A stretch of 64,000 nt of DNA, taken from Thermodesulfobacteriota bacterium (GTDB taxonomy: Bacteria; Desulfobacterota_D; UBA1144; Nemesobacterales; Nemesobacteraceae). Below the pieces are notes generated by a model, which had not been told where the DNA came from, searched no databases, and saw only the letters and a list, made by a program, of their open reading frames with translations. The stretch spans positions 1,001,845 to 1,065,844 of the forward strand of contig OZ244920.1 of NCBI GenBank assembly GCA_965221875.1. The letters run 5' to 3'. The position numbers and the translations under genes are program-made. Positions 29,225-38,988 of the stretch are shown here, one piece after another (within the stretch, counting starts at the first letter, position 1; every line of letters starts with the position of its first letter).

Positions 29225-30481
29225 ATGGAAAGACTGATTTTAAAGGCGGATGCGGTGATTCCGGTAAGTTCTGAGCCGATTCACGATGGAGCCGTCGTGG
29301 TGGACGGCGGACGTATCGTTGACATCGGAACATCAGATAGAATCGAGAACAACTATCCAAGCTTACAGAAAGTAAGAAAGCCCAACTCGATAATACTACC
29401 CGGGTTCATAAACGCCCACACTCATCTTGAGCTCAGTTGGACAAAAGGGAAGATTAGGGGTTTCGAAGACTTTACCGGATGGCTTGAAGGGCTGATCACT
29501 CTTAAGGCCGGCGGGGTTGATCAAGATATTGTGGAGGATTCAATGAGGATGGGGATTCGCAACGTCATCGAAAGCGGAGTCACTACAGTCGGGGAGATAT
29601 CCTCCTTGGATTTCGGCGGGGGGGAGACGCTTAGAAGCTCGGGGATGAGAATTGTCGCGTTTCTCGAACTTTTTGACCGCATTTCACCAAGACTTTCCTC
29701 GCTTGAATTTCAAAGCGAAGATCTCTACGAGGAAAGACCCTTCCCCCACGCGCCTTATTCCTGCGGTCCGGATCTTCTGGAGGCGGTTTTTACTTGCGCG
29801 CACGAAAACGCGATTCCTACGGGAATCCATCTGGGCGAGAGCCCTGATGAAGTCAGGTTTCTTAAGAACCTGCCCAATGAATTTGAACGGAAAATTTTCC
29901 CGCTCATAAAAAAGGAAATCTTCAAGAGGCCGCGGGCCGAGACTCCTACGCGCTACATAACCGGATTTCTTCGCGGAAAAGACGTAAAACTCTCCGCAGT
30001 TCACATGGTCCAGGTGGTGGATGAAGACATGGAGATAATCCGAAGCGCCGATATCGGTATTGTTCTCTGCCCCAGAAGCAATGTTTTTCTGAAGGTGGGC
30101 AAGCCGAACCTGCGCCGGATGCTTGATCATGAAAGAGTAGGGCTCGGAACCGACGGACTTTCGAGCAACCCGGACCTTGATTTCTTCCGGGAAATAAGAT
30201 TCCTGCATGACATTATGGTTGAGCAGGGAATACGGCAAAGCGCCCGTCTGGCGGTCCATTTCGCGACTCTGGGAGGAGCAAGAGCTCTTTTTATCGAGGA
30301 GAGGACGGGGAGTCTTGAGGTCGGAAAAAGCGCCGACATCATATGCATTTGCTGCAAAGGGGGGATTACCCCCGATCCCTATTCCTGCATAGTGTCTTCA
30401 AAACCGGAGGATCTCCAGTTTTCAATGGTAGGAGGGAATTTTATCTACCGAAAAGATTCTTGTGCTCCTTGTGAGCATTAG
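29225..30481 (+). CDS. Amidohydrolase-superfamily deaminase (chlorohydrolase / MtaD / aminodeoxyfutalosine-deaminase-like)
   Basis: GFINAHTHLE metal-binding motif and the overall about 420-aa amidohydrolase_1 architecture. Confidence 0.75.
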   Translation: MERLILKADAVIPVSSEPIHDGAVVVDGGRIVDIGTSDRIENNYPSLQKVRKPNSIILPGFINAHTHLELSWTKGKIRGFEDFTGWLEGLITLKAGGVDQDIVEDSMRMGIRNVIESGVTTVGEISSLDFGGGETLRSSGMRIVAFLELFDRISPRLSSLEFQSEDLYEERPFPHAPYSCGPDLLEAVFTCAHENAIPTGIHLGESPDEVRFLKNLPNEFERKIFPLIKKEIFKRPRAETPTRYITGFLRGKDVKLSAVHMVQVVDEDMEIIRSADIGIVLCPRSNVFLKVGKPNLRRMLDHERVGLGTDGLSSNPDLDFFREIRFLHDIMVEQGIRQSARLAVHFATLGGARALFIEERTGSLEVGKSADIICICCKGGITPDPYSCIVSSKPEDLQFSMVGGNFIYRKDSCAPCEH

Positions 30482-30498
30482 TTTCCTCAGTATCCGCG

Positions 30499-31551
30499 AT
30501 GACCGAACCGAAGCCCGAAAAGCTTTTTGTCTATGGAACCCTGCGAAAGGGCGGAACAAGAAGCAGGCACCTTGAGGGATGCAAGCTGCTTCGGATGATG
30601 AAAGTTCCCGGAACTCTTTACCGTACGCCTTTCGGCTACCCGGCGGCTGTGTTTGATGAGACTTCCTCACTTGCTGTCCAGGGAGAACTTTATGAACTCC
30701 CCCCGGATTCCGAAGTTTTTATCGGAAACGTGGACCGCCTTGAAGGCGTGGATGAAAAACTCTTTTTAAGATCGGTTATCCGCCGGGAGGAAGAGTCTTT
30801 TTATGTCTATGAACCCTGCCCGGAGCTTAGAAGTCAGATCAGCGATGCGGACATAATAAAAAGTGGCAACTGGTTCTCCCGTTCTGCCTTGTGCGGCGAA
30901 GACCCTTTTTCTTTTGCCGTCAGTTTTGAGAATATTCAGAAAGGGTATTACAGGATGCGTCCCGACGGTTACTCGGAAGAGAACATTTTTCTTGAAGGCA
31001 CAGTTCCGGTTCTGGTTACCTGTCCGCACTCAACTGCTCACACGAGGATGGGAAAACTGAAACGTCATGAATTCTACACCGCCGCTCTCGGTGCCGTGGC
31101 GCACTTGGTTCTCGGCTGCCACTGTCTTTACGCGAACAGGGAACAGGAAACGGACCCGAATTACTATGATGACTGCGATTTTAAGACTGTGCTCGGGGAA
31201 ATTCTGTCCAAGAGGAAGATAGATCTCGTCGTGGACATACACGGTACCGGGAACGAGAGACCAGAGGACCTGTTTCCGGGCGTGGGGGTGGAGAGGGAAT
31301 TTCTTCTTTCCGCACCTGATGTTCTTGACAAGTTTTATCTTGTTGCTGAGCAACATGGAATCGTGACCGGAAGCGCCGATATATTCCCCGCGGCAAGACA
31401 GATGACCGTGGCCAAATTTGCTGCGAACCGATTTTTGGTTCCCGCGATCCAGGTTGAGATAAGCGACAGGCTAAGGATGCCGTGGCGGCGGGAAGATGAG
31501 TTTCGCCGTCTGATCGGATTTTTTCTCGGGTTTCTTGAAAAAACGATCTAA
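30499..31551 (+). CDS. Fusion protein: N-terminal gamma-glutamyl cyclotransferase (AIG2/GGCT-like) domain plus C-terminal N-formylglutamate amidohydrolase-like domain
   Basis: LFVYGTLRKGG (GGCT signature). The C-terminus has VLVTCPHS...H...LVVDIHG resembling FGase (PF05013). Confidence 0.5.
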   Translation: MTEPKPEKLFVYGTLRKGGTRSRHLEGCKLLRMMKVPGTLYRTPFGYPAAVFDETSSLAVQGELYELPPDSEVFIGNVDRLEGVDEKLFLRSVIRREEESFYVYEPCPELRSQISDADIIKSGNWFSRSALCGEDPFSFAVSFENIQKGYYRMRPDGYSEENIFLEGTVPVLVTCPHSTAHTRMGKLKRHEFYTAALGAVAHLVLGCHCLYANREQETDPNYYDDCDFKTVLGEILSKRKIDLVVDIHGTGNERPEDLFPGVGVEREFLLSAPDVLDKFYLVAEQHGIVTGSADIFPAARQMTVAKFAANRFLVPAIQVEISDRLRMPWRREDEFRRLIGFFLGFLEKTI

Positions 31552-31649
31552 GAGGGAATGGATCAAGGCAGATAAAAGAGGTCTCTCCGCGAGTTAAGAC
31601 AAAAACGGAATATCAGGTTTAGCCCTCAAAGTGAACACTCCGAATATAA

Positions 31650-32483
31650 TTACTCGCACAGAATATCAAGCATTGGGTTCTCGGCTATGATTCCCTTTGC
31701 GTGGGCTTTCTCAAAAAGATACTCAAGCGCCCCGGTTCCGCTTTCACCAAGATTCCTGGTCCATTCATTCACGTACATTAAAACGAACTTCTCCCCCGTG
31801 TCCTCGCTCATTCCCCTTCCAAAGCGCATCGCGTAATCAAGGGCCTCTTTTTTGTTTGAAAGGGCGTACTCTATGCTTTCTCTGTGTACCCTGAGAACTT
31901 CTGTGTCAAGTCCCTGGGGTATGTCCCTTCGAAGCACGTTAAGTCCAAGCGGCATCGGAAGATCGGTTTCCTCAGCCCACATCACGCCGAGATCAAGCAG
32001 AAGCCGAAGCCCGGTCTCTTCGTAGGTGAGCTGCCCTTCATGTATAAGCAGTCCCGCGTCCACATTTTCCTCAAGCACCTCATCCATGATTCCGTCAAAA
32101 GGCACTTCAACTGGTATAAAATCATCGGCGTAGAGACTCAGAAGAAGATATGCGGTAGTAAGCTTTCCGGGTACCGCGACGGTTTTTCCCCTGAGGTCAG
32201 GAATTTTCTCCCTGGCGACCACTATGGGGCCGTAGCCTTTCCCCATGCTGGCCCCGCAGGATAGAATCCGGTAGCGGTCCTGCACGCTCAGGTATCCGTG
32301 GGCGGAGATTGCCGTCACCTCAAGTTCCGCCCCCATGGCTCTTCTGTTAAGCGACTGTATGTCCTCGATCACGTGTTCAAAGTCGATTTCCCCGGAAGTC
32401 ACTTTTCCGCTTGCTATGGCGTAGAACATAAACGCGTCGTCCGCGTCGGGACTGTGGCCCAGTTTCATGATTCGTTTTTCCAT
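31650..32483 (-). CDS. Menaquinone biosynthesis (futalosine pathway) MqnA/MqnD-family protein, paralog 1
   Basis: Periplasmic-binding-protein-like fold family PF02621, with MKLGHSPDADDAFMFYAIA near the N-terminus. Confidence 0.7.
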   Translation of the reverse strand: MEKRIMKLGHSPDADDAFMFYAIASGKVTSGEIDFEHVIEDIQSLNRRAMGAELEVTAISAHGYLSVQDRYRILSCGASMGKGYGPIVVAREKIPDLRGKTVAVPGKLTTAYLLLSLYADDFIPVEVPFDGIMDEVLEENVDAGLLIHEGQLTYEETGLRLLLDLGVMWAEETDLPMPLGLNVLRRDIPQGLDTEVLRVHRESIEYALSNKKEALDYAMRFGRGMSEDTGEKFVLMYVNEWTRNLGESGTGALEYLFEKAHAKGIIAENPMLDILCE

Positions 32484-32506
32484 TCTCGTCTCCTTTTGAA
32501 TTTCGT

Positions 32507-33316
32507 CTACGACAGGTCTGCGTGAAAGTCGATTTCGTTTTTCTTCCCTATCTCTCCGAGCTCGAAAAGAAGGTCGCGATACCTGATGAGCCCCTGCATC
32601 TTGGCATCATCAAGGTCGTACTTGATTCTTTTCTGAAGGTAGGTCGTGCACTGCTCCCTGCTGAGTCCCAGTTTCCGGGATTCGATATCCGCTATTTCCG
32701 GGATGAGTTCCACTCCTTTTTCTCTTGTCGAAACAAGGCCCCTGCAGCCTTCTGCCGTAGCGCCGTCCCCCTTTCTTGTAGCCATCACCGCGTATACGAA
32801 GGGAAGAGACATCTCCTTTGTCCACAATTCCCCTAAATCGTACGTAAAAAGAGAGTTGTCTGTACAGAGATGACGGGCCCCGAGGCCCGCGTTGCCGATT
32901 AGCATTCCCGCATCGACTTCCTCAAGGAACCCGTTTCCCGGGCTTCTTTTTACGTATTGCGGTTTAAGACCCAGAAACAGTTCGAGAACTATCCTCAGCA
33001 GGGCGGTTGAACTCCTTGACCTGCTGTCAACTGACACGCTTGTTATTTCCGTTATTTTCCTGCGCGACTTGAGCACTACGCTGTCCACCTTGCCGAAAGA
33101 GGATATGGAGATGCCGGGCAGAGCCGAGTAGGAGTCGGTTCTCAGGAATTCGGCCGAGGGAATGGGAGCGACATCCACCACTCCTTCCGACAGGTTCTCC
33201 GAAAGCAGAGATGGGTCAAAATACATTATTTTGAATCTGTGTTCCACAAGGCCTTTTTCCAAGGGATATATAAGCGGCTTCATATTGAGAAAAGGCGCGG
33301 CGCCTAGATTTATCAA
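32507..33316 (-). CDS. Menaquinone biosynthesis (futalosine pathway) MqnA/MqnD-family protein, paralog 2. Probable TTG start.
   Basis: LINLGAAPFLNMKPLIYPLEKG matches the MqnA-type N-terminus. The ORF is open to 33412 but overlaps the upstream gene. A TTG start with an AAGGA-rich RBS at about 33316 was chosen. Confidence 0.6.
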   Translation of the reverse strand: MINLGAAPFLNMKPLIYPLEKGLVEHRFKIMYFDPSLLSENLSEGVVDVAPIPSAEFLRTDSYSALPGISISSFGKVDSVVLKSRRKITEITSVSVDSRSRSSTALLRIVLELFLGLKPQYVKRSPGNGFLEEVDAGMLIGNAGLGARHLCTDNSLFTYDLGELWTKEMSLPFVYAVMATRKGDGATAEGCRGLVSTREKGVELIPEIADIESRKLGLSREQCTTYLQKRIKYDLDDAKMQGLIRYRDLLFELGEIGKKNEIDFHADLS

Positions 33317-33338
33317 TGAGTGTTCCCCCTTTTTTCCT

Positions 33339-34409
33339 TCACAGATCCATCCCCCGGACTTCCTCGCCTTTTGTCCACCTGCTCGGAAGAAATATCTTCT
33401 GATAAAGCGCAAGCGCGTAGAGATCCGACATTCCCGCTATGAAGTCGCACACGGTTCTCTCAAGGGTCTCCCTTTCCCGCACGGGCGTTTTGCAGAAATT
33501 CTCCCGGAACACTTTTTCGTTCTCGCAGAAGTAGAGATACAACTCCTTTACCACCTTCTTGGACTTTTCGTGAAGAGAAAGCAGTCGCTTGTTTGTGTAG
33601 ACATTCTCATAGAGATAGGTTCTGAGCCCCATAAGCGCCTCCAGCACCTCCTCGCTCATAAGCACTCTCTTGAGTCCTCCCTCCATGGTCTGCTCCACGA
33701 TATCTACCACCATGGTGTTTATCCGTCGCGAGGCGGTCTCTCCGAGGATCGAAATGTATTTTTCGGGTATGTCGCCGGGCGATATGATGCCGGAGCGGAT
33801 AGCGTCATCAAGATCGTGATTGGCGTAGGCCACGAGATCCGAGATCTTGGTTACCTGGCCTTCAAGGGTAAGCGGTCTGTTCTCTTCCGTGTCTATTCCC
33901 TCCTTGCCCCATCCCTTGGAATGTTTCGCTATTCCGTCCCTGACTTCATGCGTCAGGTTAAGTCCCTCTCCGTCGCGCTCAAGTACGTCAATGATTCTCA
34001 TGCTCTGGCGCACGTGTTTGAATCCGCCGGGAAACACTTCGTTCAGTCCCGCTTCCCCGGAGTGGCCGAATGGGGTGTGACCGAGGTCGTGGCCGAGTGC
34101 TATGGCTTCGGTCAGGTCTTCATTGAGCACAAGCGCTCTGGATATGGTCCTCGCTATCTGGGAGACTTCTATTACGTGTGTGAGCCTAGTGCGGTAGTGA
34201 TCGTTTGTGGGGGAGATGAACACCTGGGTTTTATGCTTGAGTCTTCGAAACGCCTTGGAGTGGATTACCCTGTCACGGTCCCTCTGAAAGCATGTCCTTA
34301 TGTCGCATTCGTGCTCGGGCCTCGCCCTGCCTTTTGACTCGCAGCTCAAAGCCGCCATCGGGTTCAGCAGCCTTTTCTCGTTTTCCTCGGTCTGTTTTCG
34401 TATAAGCAA
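33339..34409 (-). CDS. dgt: dGTP triphosphohydrolase-like HD-domain protein
   Basis: HD motif region THVIEVSQIAR...LGHDLGHTPFGH and the Dgt-family N-terminus. Confidence 0.85.
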   Translation of the reverse strand: MLIRKQTEENEKRLLNPMAALSCESKGRARPEHECDIRTCFQRDRDRVIHSKAFRRLKHKTQVFISPTNDHYRTRLTHVIEVSQIARTISRALVLNEDLTEAIALGHDLGHTPFGHSGEAGLNEVFPGGFKHVRQSMRIIDVLERDGEGLNLTHEVRDGIAKHSKGWGKEGIDTEENRPLTLEGQVTKISDLVAYANHDLDDAIRSGIISPGDIPEKYISILGETASRRINTMVVDIVEQTMEGGLKRVLMSEEVLEALMGLRTYLYENVYTNKRLLSLHEKSKKVVKELYLYFCENEKVFRENFCKTPVRERETLERTVCDFIAGMSDLYALALYQKIFLPSRWTKGEEVRGMDL

Positions 34410-34427
34410 GATTTCTCTTCCCTCTTT

Positions 34428-35189
34428 TTACGGAACTCTTACAACCACTCCTCTCTCCGCCAAAAACTCCTTCGCCTCGCTTATCGAGTACTTGCCGTAG
34501 TGAAAGATCGACGCGCAGAGAACCGCATCCGCACATCCCCTCTCCAAGGCTTCAAGCAGGTGCTCAAGCTCCCCCGCTCCCCCGGAGGCTATTACCGGGA
34601 TGCCTACAGTTTCCGAGATGGCTGCCGTGAGTGAAAGGTCGTACCCGTCCTCGGTTCCGTCCCTGTCCATGCTCGTTAGAAGTATCTCTCCTGCTCCGAA
34701 GCTCTCCATCTTCGCAGCCCACCCGCCGGCGTCTATTCCGGTTGGATTACGTCCCCCGTGGGTAAACACCTCCCATCCCCCGCCCTCCTTTCTTCTCGCG
34801 TCTATGGCGACGACTATGCACTGGCTTCCAAACCTCGCCGAAGCGCGCCTTACGAATTCCGGCTCCGCTATTGCCGCCGTGTTGATCGCGACTTTGTCCG
34901 CCCCCGCCAGCAGAAGTTCCCTTACGTCCTGCACCGTTCTCAGGCCCCCTCCCACTGTGAGGGGAACGAAGACTTCGCTTGCGGTCCGCTTGACCACGTC
35001 TATCATTGTTTTTCTTTTTTCATGGGACGCCGTGATGTCGAGAAACGTTATTTCGTCCGCTCCCTGTTCGCTGTACTTTTTGGCCACCTCGACGGGATCC
35101 CCGGCATCCCTGAGGTTAACGAACTGAACCCCCTTCACCACTCTTCCGTCCTTTACGTCAAGACACGGAATTATCCGTTTTGAAACCAT
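34428..35189 (-). CDS. hisF: Imidazole glycerol phosphate synthase cyclase subunit
   Basis: [16 protein letters not shown] ... TIM-barrel HisF signature. Confidence 0.95.
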   Translation of the reverse strand: MVSKRIIPCLDVKDGRVVKGVQFVNLRDAGDPVEVAKKYSEQGADEITFLDITASHEKRKTMIDVVKRTASEVFVPLTVGGGLRTVQDVRELLLAGADKVAINTAAIAEPEFVRRASARFGSQCIVVAIDARRKEGGGWEVFTHGGRNPTGIDAGGWAAKMESFGAGEILLTSMDRDGTEDGYDLSLTAAISETVGIPVIASGGAGELEHLLEALERGCADAVLCASIFHYGKYSISEAKEFLAERGVVVRVP

Positions 35190-35190
35190 C

Positions 35191-35913
35191 TCACTGAAAC
35201 CTTCTTATGGCGTCTTCGAGGTCAACAGAACCCGAGTAAAGCGATTTTCCGAGTATAGCTCCGACAAGGTTTGCATCTCCGACTGACTGTATTTTTTCAA
35301 GATCGTCAAGCGACGCGATGCCGCCTGAAACGATTACCGGAAGGGGGCACACGGAAAGAAAGTCCTTTACCGAAGCCGTGTCGGTTCCTTCCATGGTTCC
35401 GTCCCTGTCAACATTCGTGTGAATCACAAGCGATACGCCCATGTCGCGGAACTCAAGCATCGTCTGCTCAACGGATGTGTCTATTGTTTCCTTCCATCCC
35501 CGAAGGGCTATCTTCCCGCCCTTGGTGTCGACCCCGACGGCTATTCTGCCTGGAAACCTCCCGCATATATTCTCAAGAAACTTCCTGTCGGTAAAGGCCG
35601 AAGTGCCTATTATCACTCTTTTGATCCCGATTTCGAGATATCTTTCCACCGTGGCCGTGTTCCTTATCCCTCCTCCCACCTGGATGTTTGAGGAAACGGA
35701 GCGGACTACCTGCCGCACGGCTTCGAAATTTCCGGGGTCTCCCCTGAAGGCCCCGTCAAGGTCCACTACGTGAATCCATTCGGCTCCGCCGCTCTCCCAC
35801 TTTTTCGCGGTATTCGGAGGGCTGTCTGAAAACACGGTCTCCGTGCCTTCTTCTCCTCTGAGGAGCCGCACGCAGTTTCCGTTTTTCAAGTCTATTGCGG
35901 GAATTATGAGCAA
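35191..35913 (-). CDS. hisA: ProFAR isomerase
   Basis: [17 protein letters not shown] ... HisA signature. 1-nt gap to hisF. Confidence 0.95.
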   Translation of the reverse strand: MLIIPAIDLKNGNCVRLLRGEEGTETVFSDSPPNTAKKWESGGAEWIHVVDLDGAFRGDPGNFEAVRQVVRSVSSNIQVGGGIRNTATVERYLEIGIKRVIIGTSAFTDRKFLENICGRFPGRIAVGVDTKGGKIALRGWKETIDTSVEQTMLEFRDMGVSLVIHTNVDRDGTMEGTDTASVKDFLSVCPLPVIVSGGIASLDDLEKIQSVGDANLVGAILGKSLYSGSVDLEDAIRRFQ

Positions 35914-36073
35914 TTCAGAACCTCATTTAACTGAAAACCACGGGAAATAGTACACAAGCGGGAAGGGGATTATAAGGATTTTTCGAAAAAATATCGATTC
36001 AACCTGCTTCAGTCCGGAGAATTACGCGATGTTTTCCCCGATTTCCCTGAGCGTAAACCTGTGTGATTTAAGT

Positions 36074-36533
36074 TCATTTATTAACCTTATCCTTATCAAC
36101 CATTATGCCGCGAGTAGAACTGGTACACGGCGTCTGTAATCTCAGCGACTTCAAGCAGATCCTCCTCGGTCCGGTGGCGTATGGTGAATTTCTCCGGTCG
36201 ACCAGCTTTGCAAGCTCGCCGATTTTGAGCAGAGGGCCTTTTCCCTCACCTGTATCCGTTTTGCCTTCAACTGCCTTGAGATATACATCAAGCGAACGGT
36301 TAACTGCTTTCAATCACAAGGGTGATCTCACGCCGGCCTAACTTATTTCCTTCAATTGCGTTACTTGTGTAGGTCAGTTCAACCCGAAACCATCCGTCTA
36401 TATTTTCTGTAAGCGCGTCGGGAAGCAGCCAGTATTTATCCAGCAGCCTTTTTTTCGCAGTCAGTTTTTCGTAGTTCATGGGATAAACCATAACGTTATG
36501 GTTTTCAATCAAACAAGAATCCCCCGCAGACAT
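36074..36533 (-). pseudogene. Remnant of a Fic-family gene (Fic_N region only, frameshifted, no Fic catalytic core)
   Basis: ORF 36300..36533 encodes ELTYTSNAIEGNKLGRREI (Fic_N SxxIEGN motif). The continuation lies in another frame (36074..36313) and there is no HPFx[DE]GNGR motif. Confidence 0.4.
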
Positions 36534-36638
36534 CTTTAACTTTTTGCGGATTTGTTTTATCCTTAATCCTGTAGCAATATTCTAACTATTATTACTTACC
36601 GTTCCGGGGATGTTTAAGATCTTAAGTCTGGGGGAGTT

Positions 36639-38264
36639 ATGATTACGATGGACAATCCATACCGCATCGGGCCGTGGAGTTTCGCCTTAGGAGTTTTTCT
36701 GGTTTTTCTGGTCGCGGGCTGCGGGGGTGGCGGCGGCAGTGGCGGCGGCGAAGAGCCTCCTCCTGTTATGCCTCCTCCTGTTATGTCTCAACCGGCTGAG
36801 AAACTTGTTCTCAGGATTGCTGACACCGAGGAGCTTGAGGAGGGGACCTATTTCGGTGAAGTATATTCGGGAACCTACACCGCTTCTGACGGCGTATCCA
36901 TAGACGTATGGGTTTCCCTCCGCGAACCTAGCGCGCAAATCGGAACGGTCAGCCGCCTCGGCGTTACGATTCAGGGTGGAACGGGTGCTCCTGTCGACAC
37001 TCTTCTTGGCGACGATGGAGGAGTGCATACTTTGTGGGTTGCCATAAATTACCGCGGGTCGAACCTTACTGATATTAATAACCCTGAATGGGAGTGTGCA
37101 CCGGGCGCAGAATTCATTTCCTGTCTCAAAAAACACGCTACTTTCAGCAAAATCAACCCTAAACTCAACGCGCAGGATGCTAATTCCGTAATACGTTTAT
37201 TTGCTGACGACGGAGAAATTACCGTTGATGGAGCTACGATGAAGGCATCCGATTTTGTGCCTGGCGGAACTATACGTTCACCGGTGAATCTGTATACCAG
37301 TTCATTCGGGGGTGTCGTCGTAAGCTATATGCTTGCCGAAGAAAACAGGCCCGAACTGCACAACGTCTTTTTTGAGCAGGTGACGGCCCCGGGAGAGCAT
37401 CCGATATCAGCTGGCCTAGACAATGCTGCGCGCATGATGGACATTCTTTTCGAAGCGTGCGAACGCGATGATTCATGTGTGAGAGACTATCCGGACATAC
37501 GGGTAAATTTCCGCAATTTTATGAACGACCATCACTCAGATCCGATTCAGATTGACGGGGAGATGGTTTACGCGGGAGGGGTTTTTGACAGGATTGTTCA
37601 TCTTGTTGAGGAAGAAGGAGAGGTAGGGCGGGCGATAAGATATATTGGAGAGATCGCAAACGCGCATGCCCAAGGCGGTTTCGTGATTGCTACCGGATAC
37701 GGATCGCGTGACTACCGAGGTATGTCCGGCGAACACCCGAGGGAGACATATGGTCTTCCAAACCTTGACGGGGACGAAGCCAGATGGGCTGACCTCCTTA
37801 GAGGAATGGGCGGATTCTTTTCGGGAATAACAAACCGTACGGGCATGATCTGCTCTTTCGGGATGAACAGGGCGGAGAACCCTGACAGCCTTTCCCTTTA
37901 TGATAGGGTGAAAGATGAAGAACTTCCCGGGGACAGCGGCGGAAGCAAGGAGGCCTTCGGATACGGTTTTCTGGTCAGCTACAAGACTTATCTCAGCGTC
38001 TGTCCGCAGTTGGTTCAGGAGACCGGAATGCTTGAGCTGCCCGAAGTTTCAGCTGTTGAGGCTGAGAACGTGATTGTCTACAGGGGAGGCCTTGATATAA
38101 AACACTACTTCAATCAGGATCCTGATCGGGATGAAATCATGGCTTATTTTTCAGACTCACCCGGCCATCGTCGCGTTATCACTCACAGATTTCTCGGTCA
38201 GGAGGTTGGGGAAGACGCTGAGTGTCTGCAGACAGTCCTGAGAAAATTTCTGGAGAGCCGATGA
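36639..38264 (+). CDS. Hypothetical lipoprotein
   Basis: Signal peptide with lipobox LVAGC followed by a Gly/Pro-rich linker. The 541-aa protein has no recognisable catalytic motif. Confidence 0.5.
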   Translation: MITMDNPYRIGPWSFALGVFLVFLVAGCGGGGGSGGGEEPPPVMPPPVMSQPAEKLVLRIADTEELEEGTYFGEVYSGTYTASDGVSIDVWVSLREPSAQIGTVSRLGVTIQGGTGAPVDTLLGDDGGVHTLWVAINYRGSNLTDINNPEWECAPGAEFISCLKKHATFSKINPKLNAQDANSVIRLFADDGEITVDGATMKASDFVPGGTIRSPVNLYTSSFGGVVVSYMLAEENRPELHNVFFEQVTAPGEHPISAGLDNAARMMDILFEACERDDSCVRDYPDIRVNFRNFMNDHHSDPIQIDGEMVYAGGVFDRIVHLVEEEGEVGRAIRYIGEIANAHAQGGFVIATGYGSRDYRGMSGEHPRETYGLPNLDGDEARWADLLRGMGGFFSGITNRTGMICSFGMNRAENPDSLSLYDRVKDEELPGDSGGSKEAFGYGFLVSYKTYLSVCPQLVQETGMLELPEVSAVEAENVIVYRGGLDIKHYFNQDPDRDEIMAYFSDSPGHRRVITHRFLGQEVGEDAECLQTVLRKFLESR

Positions 38265-38404
38265 TACTACGGAACAAAGCCTCGGCGATAATTGCGAAGA
38301 AAGCAACGATTTCACCGCGAGCGAACTCTCCGGGTGGTGATTCTTGCCGCGGGTCAGGACTGATATGGTAACGCCCAGTTCAGGTCCGCCCATAATTTGG
38401 AACG

Positions 38405-38818
38405 ATGAACTACTGGCTTGTTAAATCAGAACCGTTTAAGTATTCGTGGGAGGACTTTCTTCAGGACGGATGGACATACTGGGACGGAGTAAGAAACTAT
38501 CAGGCTAGGAATAACCTGAAGAATATGAAAAAGGGTGATCAGGTTCTTTTCTACCACAGCAACAAGGGCCTTGAAGTGGTAGGCATATCCGAGGTCATAA
38601 GGGAATATTACCAGGACCCCACGACGGAAGACGAGAGATGGGTCGTGGTTGACCTGAAGCCCGTGGAAACGCTGGAGAATCCTGTATCTCTCAAACAGAT
38701 AAAGAACGAAGAAAGACTTGAGGGCATCTCCCTTGTGAGGCAGAGCAGACTTTCGGTCATGCAGATTGAAAAGAAGCATTTTGATGTAATCGTCAAGCTT
38801 GGAAGAAAAAGCTCCTGA
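38405..38818 (+). CDS. EVE (PUA-like) domain protein
   Basis: MNYWLVKSEPFKYSWEDF...VLFYHSN...VVGISEV pattern typical of the EVE domain. Confidence 0.7.
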   Translation: MNYWLVKSEPFKYSWEDFLQDGWTYWDGVRNYQARNNLKNMKKGDQVLFYHSNKGLEVVGISEVIREYYQDPTTEDERWVVVDLKPVETLENPVSLKQIKNEERLEGISLVRQSRLSVMQIEKKHFDVIVKLGRKSS

Positions 38819-38988
38819 TTTCCGCGAGAATTCGTAAAAACCGTCTCCTCCCGCATACAGTTCGCCGGAGAGATCCGTTTCGGTGGGACGCTGAACGGAA
38901 GTTCCATGCGGCTGGCGAACCTGATTTTTTCACATCGGTCTCTTGCGGTTATATTAATCTGGATAACTGATTTATATTTCAACATCCT

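Noticed and set aside
33162-34337. 391-aa plus-strand ORF
   Set aside because: It lies entirely antisense to the well-supported dgt-like HD-domain gene (33339..34409). It is His/Gly/Leu-rich with low complexity and no motif. I treat it as a shadow ORF.
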